Shown: positions 42,667-56,330 of the stretch, piece by piece
Layout: every line of letters begins with the position of its first letter
How positions within the stretch are numbered: the stretch's first letter is position 1
From: the human T2T-CHM13v2.0 reference genome, Homo sapiens
DNA: 64,000 nucleotides
Direction: 5' to 3' (one strand)
NCBI RefSeq assembly: GCF_009914755.1
Contig: NC_060930.1
Notes under the pieces: model-generated
The model's database searches: none
Seen by the model: the letters and a program-made list of their open reading frames with translations, nothing else
Told to the model about the DNA's origin: nothing
Translations under genes and position numbers: made by a program

Positions 42667-44189
42667 TGGCACATGGGTGTTCATGGCATGTGGTCAACAG
42701 CACAGAATGGACAGGTGGCTGATGCTCCATCCACAGTATCGTCAGACCCAAGGTCAAATTCCACTCTATCCATAGCGTTTTCTGCAGAATTTCTTTTTCT
42801 AAATTGGAGCACTTACCTAACAGAGAGATCCAAATAATTTTTAATTTGGAAATCCCAGCCATGCTTATACATTAACATATATGATGCTTCATACAATGTA
42901 TGCCCATGACCACATTAGTACATATACCAAAATTTTTCAGAATATGCTGGCCTTTTTGTTACTGCTAATTTTTCTTTTAAATTTGACGCAGATCATCACA
43001 TCTGTCTTGGAGACTCCTTACACCAATATAAATGAACATATTTATGTTCACTTATTTAACAGCAAGGAATAAAGTTCTTCAGAGTAGAATGGGAAAAAAA
43101 AAAAAAACAGTAAAATTTACAAACTCTACCAAGAAGCACATCTTGCTTTGTGTCTCTTGTGGGAGGGATTATTAACAAGAAAATGCTATTAAAATTGGTT
43201 GGTTTTACCCACAAGGTAATATTATACTAGCTTTTGTTGTTTTGCTGCTTTATCTATGTTTTTTTCTTCTTGGATAGTCTAGAGTTTTGCCTCCTATTAT
43301 CAGTTTTTTTTTTTTACTTTCTCCATCTGCTTTCAAGATTTCGTATCTTTTTAGTCTTCTTTTTTGTTTTTAAAGAGCTTGGCTGATTTTCTCTTTTGTT
43401 TATCTTTCTGCCTTTGAATTCAGTCATAGAAACTGACTGAGCTTCTATGAGTTCTTACTAATAGCTATGCTAATCATAAAAAAAGTTTAGCATTTTCAAT
43501 TCTGCTTTCTTCCTCAGGAAAATCTTTCTCTAGAATTACTGATACTATGAGGTTGCAAAAATAGCAGCCTTGGAATATATACGTGTGTGCATGTGTGTGT
43601 GCATACACACACAATTTATATACATTTAATCTCTTGGTCTTGGCCTATTTCAGATGATAGTGGACTTAGTACTAAAATGGCCAACAGATAGTCCTTGAAG
43701 AAGAAAGAACAGAATTGAGGAGGAGACTCAGAGTGTCATAAACTGGAAATTTGGTTGTTGGCAGTTGATGGAGGCAAGCTCTACAAAGTGGGTTTATCGA
43801 ATGGAAAAAGGATGAAATGAAGAATAGAGAAAAACTATACGTTATTCTGATTGACTTAAATTTACACGAATGTAGATTCAAAATATTTGTAATTTGTGAT
43901 CGTCCATAAGTTAGGATAAATTCAGAGCCTCAGCAGAGTTTCAGCACATGAGAAAATATGCTCTCATCTGTTCTGAAAGTGGTTTCGTCTGTGCCCAAGA
44001 CCATGTGGAGACCAGAACTGAATCACTTGGCCATGGCCTCAGGGTGCAGGACCGTGTGACCTCATTGTGCATTGAGCTGGAATTCCTGACCTGTTGGGGT
44101 CTGATCTTAGTCATGTGTTCATCCATTTATCAAATAAGATTACTCAATAGACATCAATTCCATGCCTTTTATGTACCATGCACTTCCTG

Positions 44190-44960
44190 ATTGCAGGCTT
44201 GGAAAAGGTGGCAGATCTTAGAGATAATTCAAAAAGTAGAAAAGACAGTGCTTGATAGTTTATTGGATGTGGGAGTGAAGGAGGGGGAAGGCTTGAGGAT
44301 GACTCTGGCTCACCAGGAGATAAATAGGTGGGTGATGATGCCATGCAGGGAGATGGACACAGCAGAGTGGAGGACATCATGAGTTTGGTTTTCAGCCTGC
44401 CAAGTGTGAGATGCTGGTGGTATTTCTAATGGGGAATTCTAGTAGGCGTTTAGACATACTGAGCTGAAGCTCTGCATAGAAAAATAGCAGCCATGAGCAA
44501 ATAAAGAGTAATTAAAGCCAAAAGTGTGTATACATCTCCAAAAGCAAGAAAAGAAAAGGTTCAGATGAAACCCTCCAGGAAAGCAAAAAAAAAAAAATGT
44601 TCTCCCTCCTCCCCAGAAAGAAATAAATAGATGGTGAAAGCAAATCCTGTTGATGAAGGTGAGAAAAAAGTAGGAGGACAACCAGGAGATCATGGTGTTC
44701 AGGAAAACCAGGGAAGAAGGCATCCAAAGAATAAAAGAGTGGGCAACAGTGCAAAATGTTCTAGAGGGACCAAATAAGTGCAGGCCTGGAAAGGATCACT
44801 TGAAGGCCTTGGCTGTCATGGGTGATCTTGTCACAAAGGCAGATCCTGAGGGTCAGGTTCAGAGAGGCAGGAAGTTGGTAAACGGTAATAACTGGACCCA
44901 GAAAGCATAAATGACTCTTTTGAGAAGTGTTCCTTCTCAAAAGCAACACTTTTGAGAAGG
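44190..44960 (-). mobile_element. L2 fragment
   Basis: ttggatgtgggagtgaaggag...gaggatgactc...gagtttggttttcag motifs. Confidence 0.65.
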
Positions 44961-44965
44961 GTAGC

Positions 44966-45342
44966 TGTATTAGTCTGTTCTCACGCTGCTAATAAAGACA
45001 TACCTAAGACGGGGTAATTTATAAAGAAAAGAGGTTTAATTGACTCACAGTTTAGCCCAGCTGAGGAAGCCTCAGGAAACTTATGATCATGGTAGAAGGG
45101 GAAGCAAACACATCCTTCTTCACATGGTGGCAGGGAAGAGAAGAATGAGTGCCCAGCAAAGGGGGAAGCCCCTTATAAAACCATCAGCTCTTGTGAGATC
45201 TGACTCACTATCATGAGAACAGGATGGGGAAACTGCCCCCATATTTTAATTGTCTCCGCCTGGTCCCTCCCACGATATATGGGAATTACAGGAACTACAA
45301 TTCAAGACGAGATTTGTGTGGGGAAACAGCCAAACCATATCA
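44966..45342 (-). mobile_element. THE1C/D solo LTR
   Basis: tgtattagtctgttctcacgctgctaataaagac...cagccaaaccatatca. TSD gtagc on both sides. Confidence 0.92.
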
Positions 45343-45444
45343 GTAGCCAAGCAATATCATATTAATTAGAGGGGATTTTGGAATCCAGGGAGGCTGGAGT
45401 TTCTGTTGTTGCGTTTTTTTTTTTTGTTTTTTTGTTTTTTTTTT

Positions 45445-45875
<431 letters not shown>

Positions 45876-47099
45876 TGTTGCTGCTGTTTTGTTTTCTTGT
45901 TTTAGATTTTAGAAAGTGGGCTGAAATCCTTCTGCAGGATGGTCAGCTCCAGAAGCCATGTGTTTTATCCACCAACACATCCTCATCAACCTCAGTGCCT
46001 GGCACAGAGCTGGTGGTCAATGAATATTTGTTGTGTGTGTGGATATGCAAATGAACACAAGCAAAGCAGGGCAGATGCATAGGAGAAAGGGGTCACTGAT
46101 GAACGCTCTAGCATGGTGGGTCCTGGTCTGCTCTACTCTGAGTTGGTCCGTGCTGGTCAGTATGGAAACCTCCAGTTACGTTCTAGTCAAGGAGGCCCTG
46201 AGGGAATGTCTTCCAGCCCTGTATTCATTAGGCAGGCATTCACGAGGATGATCTTCAAATAACTGACACTTACTGTTCACTCACTAACACAAATTCCTGC
46301 AAGTTGGATTTTAGCTTCCTTTATAGATCTCTTGCTGTTTCATATCCTGCATAAACTTTTATTTTCTACTTTACTTGGATAATGTCCTATATCATTCTGC
46401 CCTACCTCTCTTTCTCTAATCAAACTGACATCTGGTCCCTTGTTCTCAATTACTTTACTGTAAAGAGAAAAGTCTCCATGGGCGACACTCCGGGAGTCTA
46501 GAAACCGTGGTGAGTTCCTTTGACTCACTCTTGCCCCCTTCTGCTGGTTTCTCTGTACCTGCAGGCCTCTGGGCTGGCCTTGTGCTGTTGCATGGTATGG
46601 TTAGGCTCTGAGGCTTTTATAAGCACAGGTTCTTCTAGAATTCAGCCTGTCACATATTTGCAGAGTCTCTGTTGATAGAATTGTAGGAAGGGAAACTTGG
46701 AAGTTTAGGCATCTATTTCCTATGGGCTTCTAAGCTCAGCTTTGGACCCCACGCTGGGCCTGATGGTTCCCCACTTTCAACTCTAGGAATCTCTTTCTGG
46801 CAGACTTCCTCACAACTCCTGCACACTTCCTGCTCCCTCAACAGGAAGCACTGCAAATGAGCTGTCCTCGCGTTCTTTCCGAGTTTCTGCTTCCCTCTAG
46901 AATAAGGAAATGCTATTACGCATAGCAGTTGGAAATTAAACAAAAGGAAATGAGCCTAACCAAACAATAATTATCCATCACATACTCACACACACCACAC
47001 ACGGGGAGGTGGGACTGGGGGTTGCAAACGCACACAGCTTTAATGATCATAAAATAGAACCAGGACTACTTGGACTAAAGTGAGTCCAACTTTTCCAGA

Positions 47100-47330
47100 A
47101 GGCAGTATGATGTAAGAATATAGGCTGTGTGTGAGTCATGCTTTGATAATTCAGCTGAGTGACTTTGGACAAGTTATTTGAACTTTCTGAGTCTCAGATG
47201 CCTCATATATTTAACGGAGATACCATAATGCTCATTGAAGGGATTAAGTGAACGAACTCCTTAAAAGCTCAGCTCGGTGGCTGGCACATCAGCAAAATGC
47301 TTATCATTCAGAATAATAATTATTAATTAC
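47100..47330 (+). mobile_element. MIR
   Basis: Core gtgactttggacaagttatttgaactttctgagtctcag. Confidence 0.75.
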
Positions 47331-49847
47331 CCTACTTTGTCTATAGGAAATGGTGATGCTTTAAGTTTATAGAAAATTTATCCTGAGAATATAAAAGGTC
47401 ATGCTATTTGAAGCAACACTATAGAGAAGACCATGAAGAACAGAATCTGTGTTGAGTTATTGATCTACACATTATACTGGGGAGTGCAATGGATCGTATC
47501 AATAACCGTTTGATTCAACTCAGCATATTTTCAGCAACTTCAAGTATACCATTCTGATAGAATTGAGGGCAAAGGTTTTCTCTCTCTCTAATTTATCCAA
47601 ATATAAAAAACTCTGGGCTTTTTCCATGCAACACAAACACTGGGGTTTTAAATTACATTTTTCAACTCTGATCTAGATATTTGGCACTGTGTAGACAGAG
47701 CCTGGAAACTCCTCAAAGGAGTGCAAAACAAGACAAACAGCTTAGCACGAGGATGGATGTTGTGTTTGTCTAGCGCCTGTGACAATGACACTAATCCAAA
47801 GTCCACACCCAAGGGAATGTGCATCAACACACTTGAAAATGTAGCTGCGAGCTGCATCGGTCCTATGTGGAGCTGCTGAGCCAGGGGACATGCTGTAAGC
47901 GAGCTCAGCATGACAGGAACGGCAGTCACAAACCCTTATCTTCAGCCGAGTTCACACCCTTGAGAACACCGTGAGCAAGGACAGCTGATGTGAAGCAAGA
48001 AGGCTGACGTCACTGTTGAGTGTGGAGCACAAGATGTACATATAGAATAAAAATAACTACTTGCTGGCCTGTTTATTCATGCACCCAAAAGCCCTTCAGA
48101 CTTGGTTGACATTTCATGCTAAATAACGGTAATGACGAATGGAAGTTCTGCCATTTTCCTGTCATTTTTGTTTTGTTCTTCCTCTTTCCCTCTCATTTCC
48201 CCTTCCCCATTTTTAAAGCTCTGAATAACAGCCAGACATAAAAAGCCAACTTGAGGCTCATCGGGGTGATCTGCGTCAGTCATCCCCCAACCCTGGACTG
48301 TGTGAACGCAGAGGCCGACTCTCTGAGTGAGGCTTCCAGGTGCTGCAAAACGCTCCATTCATAGGGACACTGAGTGTAAAAAGAAAGCTGCCCATGGGTA
48401 AAAGGAACACAAAACACAATGAGAGAGTGATCGTTCTCAGAGTGACACTGGGGCCTCTGCGGGAAAGCTAGGCAACACAGTGCAGATGAAAGAAAGGCAG
48501 AAAAAACATTTTGGCCAGAGCAGATGCGAAACCGTTAGAGTGAAAAGAACAGGCTCGCTCTTGACTCGCTGGGGCAGATCTCGCCGCAGGGCAGCAGGCG
48601 GTGCTGGTCCAGATACTCTGGGGAGTCTGCGCGGTGTGCCCGGAGCCCCTGGGCGAACACGGGGCACGTTGCTGAGAAGCAGTATTTTGTGTCTCTCATT
48701 CATTCCCAGTTAATCTCTTAAGTTTTCTTCAGCAACAGAACTTATTTGTAATGCCATGTGCTCTATTGTCTCTTGGGGATAAATAATTAATTTCTACTAG
48801 GCTACACCTTGGCTTTAAAATAATTCGTGAAAATCTCAAGGGAAGTCATCAATTTAGAGAGGAAATCAAAATTGGGAAACTTGATTAACCTTATTTCAGG
48901 GAGTGTGGGATCATATGAACAAACTGCATAATTTTTTGTAACTTTTGAAACTCTCTTTTTCTATATTCCTTCATTGCTATCTAAGCATGCTGCGTACATA
49001 TTTTTATCTCTAATATACTTACATTTCTATGTGTGTATTAATTTCACAGATTTGATTCCTATGTTGTTGTCTATTATTTACATATGTATACATTCATACT
49101 CTAACTCAGTTTGGTAGACCTGAAAAATAAGCCCAGTATGCTTTAACTAGAACATGAGATGGTCAACAAACAAGTCCTATATTCATTCCAATTCCTTCCT
49201 TCTCCTGTGGTCCCAGACCCCCTTCACCCCCAGCCTGGACCACTGCAATGGCCTCCTACGGGCTCCTGCTCAGTCCACGTGCCCCCTGCTCCCTGGTCTC
49301 CACACACAGCTACAGTGGTGTTTAAAAAAATGTCACAAATCATGACATTCCCTTACTTTAAACCTCCAATGAAAGGAAACCTACGGATCAAAAGAGACTT
49401 ATGCCAAATACCCACTAGTTGTAATATATGAACTTTATTAAGATCCTGATTCAAGCAAACTGAAGCAAAAATTATACACACATCAACCTTTAAACACTGA
49501 CACAATATTGGATCATGTTAATTTGTTGTTCTTAAAATATTCTTCAATGTTCCCGCGTGATACATGCAGAATTATTTATGGGTGAAATGAAACCATATTT
49601 GGAGTTTGCATTAAAATCTGGGTGGGCTGGGGAGGACTGGGTGGGATGTGGATGAAAGAGGAGGTTCAGGAGTGGTTGATTGTGGGAGCTTGGCAATGCC
49701 TCTTGGTTACTTGTGGTACCATTCGATATACCTTCGAGTATGTTTAGCATCAATTGTGTTTTTAAAACCAGAAATATATGACAAAACAGAGCCCTCCGCA
49801 GACTTACAACTGAACTTTGGCTCATCCCAGGCCTGCGGACTGGACTC

Positions 49848-50620
49848 TCTCCTCCACCTGCAGGCTCCTCTCCTCCACCTGTAGGCTCCCCTCCTCCACC
49901 TGCAGGTCCCTCTCCTCCACCTGCAGGCCCCCCTTCTCCACCTGCAGGCCCCCCTTCTCTACCTGCAGGCCCCCCTCCTCCACCTGCAGGCCACCCTCCT
50001 CCATCTGCAGCCCCCCTCCTCCATCTGCAGCCCCCCTCCTCCACCTGCAGGACCCCCTCCTCCACCTGCAGGCCACCCTCCTCCATCTGCAGCCCCCCTC
50101 CTCCACCTGCAGGCCCCCTCCTCCACCTGCAGGCCCCCCTCCTCCACCTGCAGGCTCCCCTCCTCCACCTGCAGGCCCCCCTCCTCCACCTGCAGGTCCC
50201 CCTCCTCCACCTGCAGGCTCCCCTCCTCCACCTGCAGGCTCCCCTCCTCCACCTGCAGGCCCCCCTCCTCCACCTGCAGGTCCCTCTCCTCCACCTGCAG
50301 GCTCCCCTCCTCCACCTGCAGGCTCCCCTCCTCCACCTGCAGGCTCCCCTCCTCCACCTGCAGGCTCCCCTCCTCCACCTGCAGGTCCCTCTTCTCCACC
50401 TGCAGGCTCCCCTCCTCCACCTGCAGGCTCCTCTCCTCCACCTGCAGGCTCCTCTCCTCCACCTGCAGGCTCTTCTCCTCCACCTGCAGGCTCCTCTCCT
50501 CCACCTGCAGGCTCCTCTCCTCCACCTGCAGGCTCTTCTTCTCCACCTGCAGGCTCCCCTCCTCCACCTGCAGGCTCCCCTCCTCCACCTGCAGGCTCTT
50601 CTCCTCCACATGCAGGCTCT
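49848..50620. repeat. 21-bp GC-rich minisatellite (VNTR), about 36 units
   Basis: Unit ctcctccacctgcaggctccc with variants, including some 20-bp units at about 49990-50100. Flanks resemble L2 (49200-49370 and 50630-50990). Confidence 0.97.
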
Positions 50621-53059
50621 CCTGCACCCCAGGTCACTACCTTGGTTTCCTTGGGTTCCTCCAGCACTTGCTGCACATCCTGGCCAGGAGTCTCAGTATC
50701 TGTTCTTCCCTCAGCCAGGTCCTTCACATCACTGGGGCCTCAAGTCAAAGGCCATCTCCCAAGACGCTTTCCCTGGGAAGTCACCAGGTTTTGTCTCTAG
50801 CTGCCCTGCTTTGTCCCCTTCCTATGCATTGTTTTTTTTTTTTTTCTGGTTTATGACAGCCTTCCTGCAGAGGACAATGGCTCCTGGGCAGCTGCGACCT
50901 GCCCTGAATTTCCATTCCTTTACCCCAGAATCTACTATAAAATAGAGCCTGGTGCATTCAATAAATATTTGTTGAATGAATAAATAAATGTTATAATCCC
51001 CAGTGACAAAGCAAAATCCATTATTATGTGTGTTAAATCTTTCCTTTTCTATGTTTTCAGAATTAGATTGATAGGAACAGAAAGAAAGGGTTGATTGTTT
51101 TCTTATACTCCTTCTCTCTTGCTCTCTCTCTCTCTCTCTGAAAATTACAACGGGAGAAAAAAATAAGAGGAAACTAAATGTGCACTGTTTCTTCTAAGAA
51201 CATACTCCAATTAGTGGCAATACTGTGAAAAGTAGGCAAATGGAGAAAAATTCTTTCCTCCCCCTAAACAATCTTCCACTTTTCCCACTTTTCTCTCTCC
51301 TTGATTCTCTGTGTAAGGAGCTGGTATAACCATGATTCAGAAAACTCCAACCCAGCTGCAAATGAACTAATCATTTGTTAGGAAATAGACCTTAAATAAT
51401 GAAAATAGACTTTCCCCCTTCCAACTTCAAAAGTATTTCACTGTTTTTCTCTTCTTCTTCCAACTCCATAATCCTCTGCTCCAGCAATGGCCCCTCCCCC
51501 TCCTCCCCAGGTGGTCTCTTTGTATTAATGCAGGGTCATAGCGAAGCAGTTGCTTCTGATATTCTACCAAATTCCATTAAAAATGAAACATATATGTTAC
51601 TCCGATTTTATGTCTTGTCAGTCAGAAGCATGGGACACATTTTGCCGAAGGGGAAAGAGCCATGGAAGCCAGGGGGTTAAACTCATTTTTAATTTGCCCA
51701 CAGATGGATGCACCCAGCTTTTCCTTTATCTGAGAAGCCTACATCCATAGGACTGCAATAACAAATATCCAGGAAGCTGCATTCACTGTGAAATTTAACA
51801 AAGGGAATTAGCCACAGTATGTGAACAGTAACTTTAAATAGCAGAAGCGACAAAGAGAACTGTGGCTGATAAATGAAAACTAGTAATTACAATATTAGTA
51901 CCCTTTCCACATTAAGTTTCTAAGCCACATTAAAAGGTTGCTCACAATTCCACTTTTCCTTTCTCTCATCAAAATAGAGCAAAATAAAATATAATAGAGA
52001 CAAATTGCCAGCATAAAATATTCTTACACATAATGCAATTTCTAACTGTAACAATTAATTTTAAAATATTTTTTAAAAACTTAAAAATATTTTTATAAAG
52101 ATTATTTTACCAGGCCAGCCCCAAGGGAAGACGCGAAACAAACCTCATTTTTCTCAGCCTTCATCCAGGAGGAATGGACTGTAGACTTTCTCTTTAATAT
52201 TTAATCTAAACTTTATTAATTTTTTTTAAAATAAAAAGATTCTGTGTCTAATTTATGCTCACCTCCAGGACTGCTCTAAAGCATGGCTCATGTGATGTAA
52301 GGCCTACATAAAAGGCCGTATTATCTGGAGCTTTCTTTATTATCATTTTAGTTTAGCCATATTTTTCTTTCTTAGCTTTAAAAAGCATTGATCTGAAACA
52401 AGCCCTCGCACTGAAACCGTCTACACTGCAAGAACGCTATGGAAAGGAAAGCAGAAAAATAGCAGGGCTTCTATTCTCTGAAGACCCATCACCAGGAGCT
52501 GCAGGCTACCATCATTCCACTTCCCACCATTCAGCTGATGAGAAAGTGAAAAGCGTGCCCCAAGAATGGTTTTCCATATCAACAGCCTTCAGAATGAGAT
52601 GCACTGGGCCTGTCTCATCTAGTCCTCTGTAGTTGATTCTTCTCACCTGATGAACTGTTTTCATTCTTGGCTGAACATTTTAAGAAGGCCAAAAATAGAC
52701 ACATGGGTATCCTAGCATAATAAGTGAAATGAAAACCAATAGGAAGCTGCAGATGCTTAGAAAACTAATCACTTAATGGACACATAGTGGACCTTTAATC
52801 CTTTGAAGGCCTGTCAAGGAGATGAAGTAGACTTATTCTGTGTGATTCTAGAAGGGTAGAACTAAGATCAACAGATGGAAGTTGCATGATGAAATATTAT
52901 AACCCAACATAAGAATTTTCTCGCAATTAGACTCGTTTAAAAAATAAATCGATCTCCTTGCAAAGTAGGCAACTCCTGATCCCTGGCAGGGCCCCAGAGT
53001 CATGGACTGATGCCACTGTCCGGTGTACTACTGACTACTGAAAAGTTTGGTGCCTTACC

Positions 53060-53465
53060 ATGTGGCAGAGATTGCTACTTGTCCACAGAAATTCAGCCTT
53101 TCCCAACCACAGAAAACACTTGTCCCTAAGAAATGGCTGCTGAGCTGGCGACCCCACTTCTCAGCCTCGTTTCCATACCTCTGGGGTCTTGTGAGACGTT
53201 CTCACCATGAGAATGTGAGCAGAAGCCATATTGTCATATCTAAGCCATAGTTGTTAGGGAGCCGGTGGCCATCTTCACCCTCTCCTCCTCCATCTGCGGT
53301 TTGGATGCTGACGACTTGGAGTCACAGGAAGGAAGGAGGCTCAGGCCTTGAAAGCTGCTCATAGACCAAGAACACGTGCACTAGATGGATATATAAGCCA
53401 GAGTTAAGCCAGTGTAATCTGGGGATTTATTTATTTTTTACAGCAGCCACCATTATCCTAATAAT
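53060..53465 (+). mobile_element. MLT1 (H/I-like) LTR
   Basis: gaatgtgagcagaag...ggaaggaggctc...gttaagcca...tggggatttatt...tacagcagc...cctaataa. Confidence 0.6.
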
Positions 53466-55446
53466 GTCTTCTTCCAAATGTAAAGAGAGTGTTGATTCTC
53501 AGTAAATATGTGTTATTTCTGAAATTTATGAATTACATAGGAATTCTAGAAATTTCTCTCTTCAGGCATTGCCACTAGGACAAATGGTCAGGAATCTGAC
53601 TTGTTTTAGTCCTAGTTAAGAGCCCCTGTCGTGGATAGTCTAAGCCAAACCTTCCCAAACAGCTAAAATGGAAGCTGTAATTCAGCAGGCACATAGTTCC
53701 TTACTTCACACGCCCTCTGAGTCATTTTTAGACCTTGGGCACCATATAGACCTTGAGCAGCTTGGGGGACACTGGATCTTGAATTGTTTCCTAATTACTT
53801 TAATTTTTATTGAAAAAAAATGGGGCCACAGGCAACAAAAGGGATCCTAATTGGGACTAGGATGGTAATTCCGCTATTGGGCGAGAGACAAGTATATTAA
53901 CCAGAAACCAAGACTCTTCCTGAAGGACAACTGAGAACATTTGCCTCCTCAGACTTGCCAAGGCATGACAGGTGTGGTCTGTGAAACTGGGTTTCTTCCA
54001 TGCGCACCTCATTCTTTTTTTCCTTTTTAAAGGACATTTAATTTCCATGTAACTGTGACGGCTGGAGTCACCCTTAGCACCAAAACAGCACGGGTGGTGA
54101 AGGTGCCACCTCAATTAAACATTCATATCTTTATACCATGCTCTGTGGCCATTAGGAATTATGTATTGAAATTGTTTGGGTTGAAAATATGGGTCATCTT
54201 TTGTAGAGCAGGGGGCCTGAGGCAACAAGAGGTTAATCCTTTGTCAGGGGCTGTGTCAACCCACGGCAAAACCTGGTTCAGAAGCCGACGTGTTTATTTC
54301 CCTTTGCCGCACTCAGTTGGACTCAGAGAATGTTACTGCTAAAAGATCAAACCTTTATCTCAAGCCAGATTCCTGCAGCGGGAGGGGAGGGGATGAACAA
54401 CCAGCTTGTTTTTCTGTTGTGTGCTTAGTCTAATCTATACATTCACACGGATCCGTATTTAGAACATGTCTGGTAATAGATTTTTACGTCCAGAATAGCA
54501 TATGCAGTTCTTTATGAAGATACCGAGAAGGAGCAGGGGTATTTTTCCTCCGAGTTCTTATCAGGGGCTCTAGTTCTCGCTGTTCCTCTGGATCAGGTGG
54601 GGAAGAACCTGGCTGCTGTGGAAGTTGATGCTGTCTGTCAGGGATGCAAAGCGTTGGAGTCTTTCTCATGGTTGCCGGGCGGGGTTTGGGGGGGAGGCGG
54701 TCTGTCATCGGCAGGCAGAAGTAGAACTCGTTTGGGGCCGTGGTGAGTCGATGCTGTCGATTTGGTTTTGAGTTGAGGTTTAGTTTTTCTTTGACTACAT
54801 AGATGGCTATCCTGGATCATGAAGCCTTCAGAAGTGGAGTCGGCACTTTTCCCTTATGGGAAGCGTGAGTGGTGCAGGGGCTGAGGAGCTGAACTCTGTG
54901 ACCCCTGGGGTCCTTCTTGTGCTAACATTCTGCGAGCTAGGACTCCAAACTGCACTCATCATGCTGCCCCGGCCAGAGGCACTGCTAATTTCGATGAGTA
55001 TAATTAAAAGATTCCCTCCATTGAGAGCCGCCTGCTTCTTGGAGAAGCCCAGCACTGGAGCTTTGTGATTCTCCAGTGGCCGGCCCAGGTGTGGCAAAAT
55101 TATTAAGCCAACGTCACCAACTACCCTGCTGCCACCACGTGGGTCTCTCACCTAAATACCTACCTCCACTTCTTTGAGAACGGCCCTGGTGGTTCTGGCG
55201 GCCCGTGGGGCCCCTCCCTGGGTGCTCGGCCACGTGTGGCTCTGTGTGGCTGCCCTGCATCGGGGCTGCGGGGTCCAGGAGGAGTCGGTGCCTCCGGACA
55301 TGTCCCTCTCCGCTGTGTCTGAGGATGCTGCAGGGGTGGCTGTGCTGTGTGTGAACGTGCAAACGTGCGACTACAGCTGTTGTGGGGGCTCCTCAGTCCT
55401 TCCTCGGATCTGGGGGCCCTAAGACATGTGGACACCCGTGCCCCTG

Positions 55447-55460
55447 GCTCCCTCTAGTGG
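55447..55460 (-). promoter_or_regulatory. Candidate CTCF site
   Basis: Minus strand CCACTAGAGGGAGC is a near match to the CTCF core, at the edge of a CpG-rich patch (about 55080-55470). Confidence 0.45.
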
Positions 55461-56099
55461 TGCGTGGACCCCATCCTGAATTTTGCTTCCTAAGCCCTGG
55501 TGTGGCTGAGGTCTGGAGTCTCTCTTAAGTTCCAGGGGCCCTGGGAGCATCCTGACAGGTACCAGTGTCTTATCCCAAAGGCACCGTGCACCAGGGAGGC
55601 CTGCAAGCCCTGGAGAAGGGGTTTTGCTCTTCTCTGCTTCAGGTTCAATTTCCTGCCAGTGCCCTGACCCCAGGCTTCTGCCTTGAAGACTGCATTTGGG
55701 GTTTCTTGGCTTTGCTGGCCTGCCTGGCAGCCCAAGGTAAAGGGGCAGACAACTCCTGCACCGGGGCTGGAGCCGCACCGGAGCACCCCCACCCCCAGCT
55801 CTTGTCTTTCATGTCCCAGAAATTGTTTTGCAAATTTTCATCCCTACAATTCTCAAACGACCCTGAGAAACACCACCACCACCGATGAAATAAACCGAAA
55901 CAGCAACCACAGTCTCAAAATTGAAGAAGGCATATCGGGGCATTTGACTGACCTGACTTTTGCTGAGAATTACGAATTCCTTCATTTTACATTTTTGCTT
56001 AAATTCTATTTCTGTAATCAAAGAAATAGGGATTTTCTGATATTTCTAAAACAGCACTTACGGGTTGTTTGTTAGGTTAAGTGGACTCGCACCTGGGAA

Positions 56100-56330
56100 G
56101 GAGCACAGTGGGGTGGCTAAGAGCGTGAGCTGTTGATCTAGTCTACCTGCGCTCAGGGGCTGGCCCTGCTGTTGACTTCTCATGTGGTTCTCAGCAAGTT
56201 ATTAAACATGTGCTCCTCAGTGTCTTCATCTGAAAAATGTACCTGCCTGAGATCTCCTGGGAGGGTTAACTGAGATATTACCTGGAACTGCCATTACCTG
56301 ACATTCAATAAATGTTAGCTATTATTATTA
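56100..56330 (+). mobile_element. MIR
   Basis: gcaagttattaaac...cctcagtgtcttcatctgaaaaatg...tcaataaatgttagctattatt. Confidence 0.75.

Noticed and set aside
49848-50620. PRDM9 CCNCCNTNNCCNC motif in the C-rich VNTR
   Set aside because: The main unit variants I checked by hand do not satisfy the 13-mer consensus.
49544-50800. Four long ORFs (222-355 aa) on both strands
   Set aside because: They are a consequence of a stop-poor 21-bp tandem unit. The peptides are pure heptad repeats open in several frames at once.
54484-56075. Cluster of overlapping short ORFs
   Set aside because: Expected by chance in GC-rich sequence. No recognisable homology.
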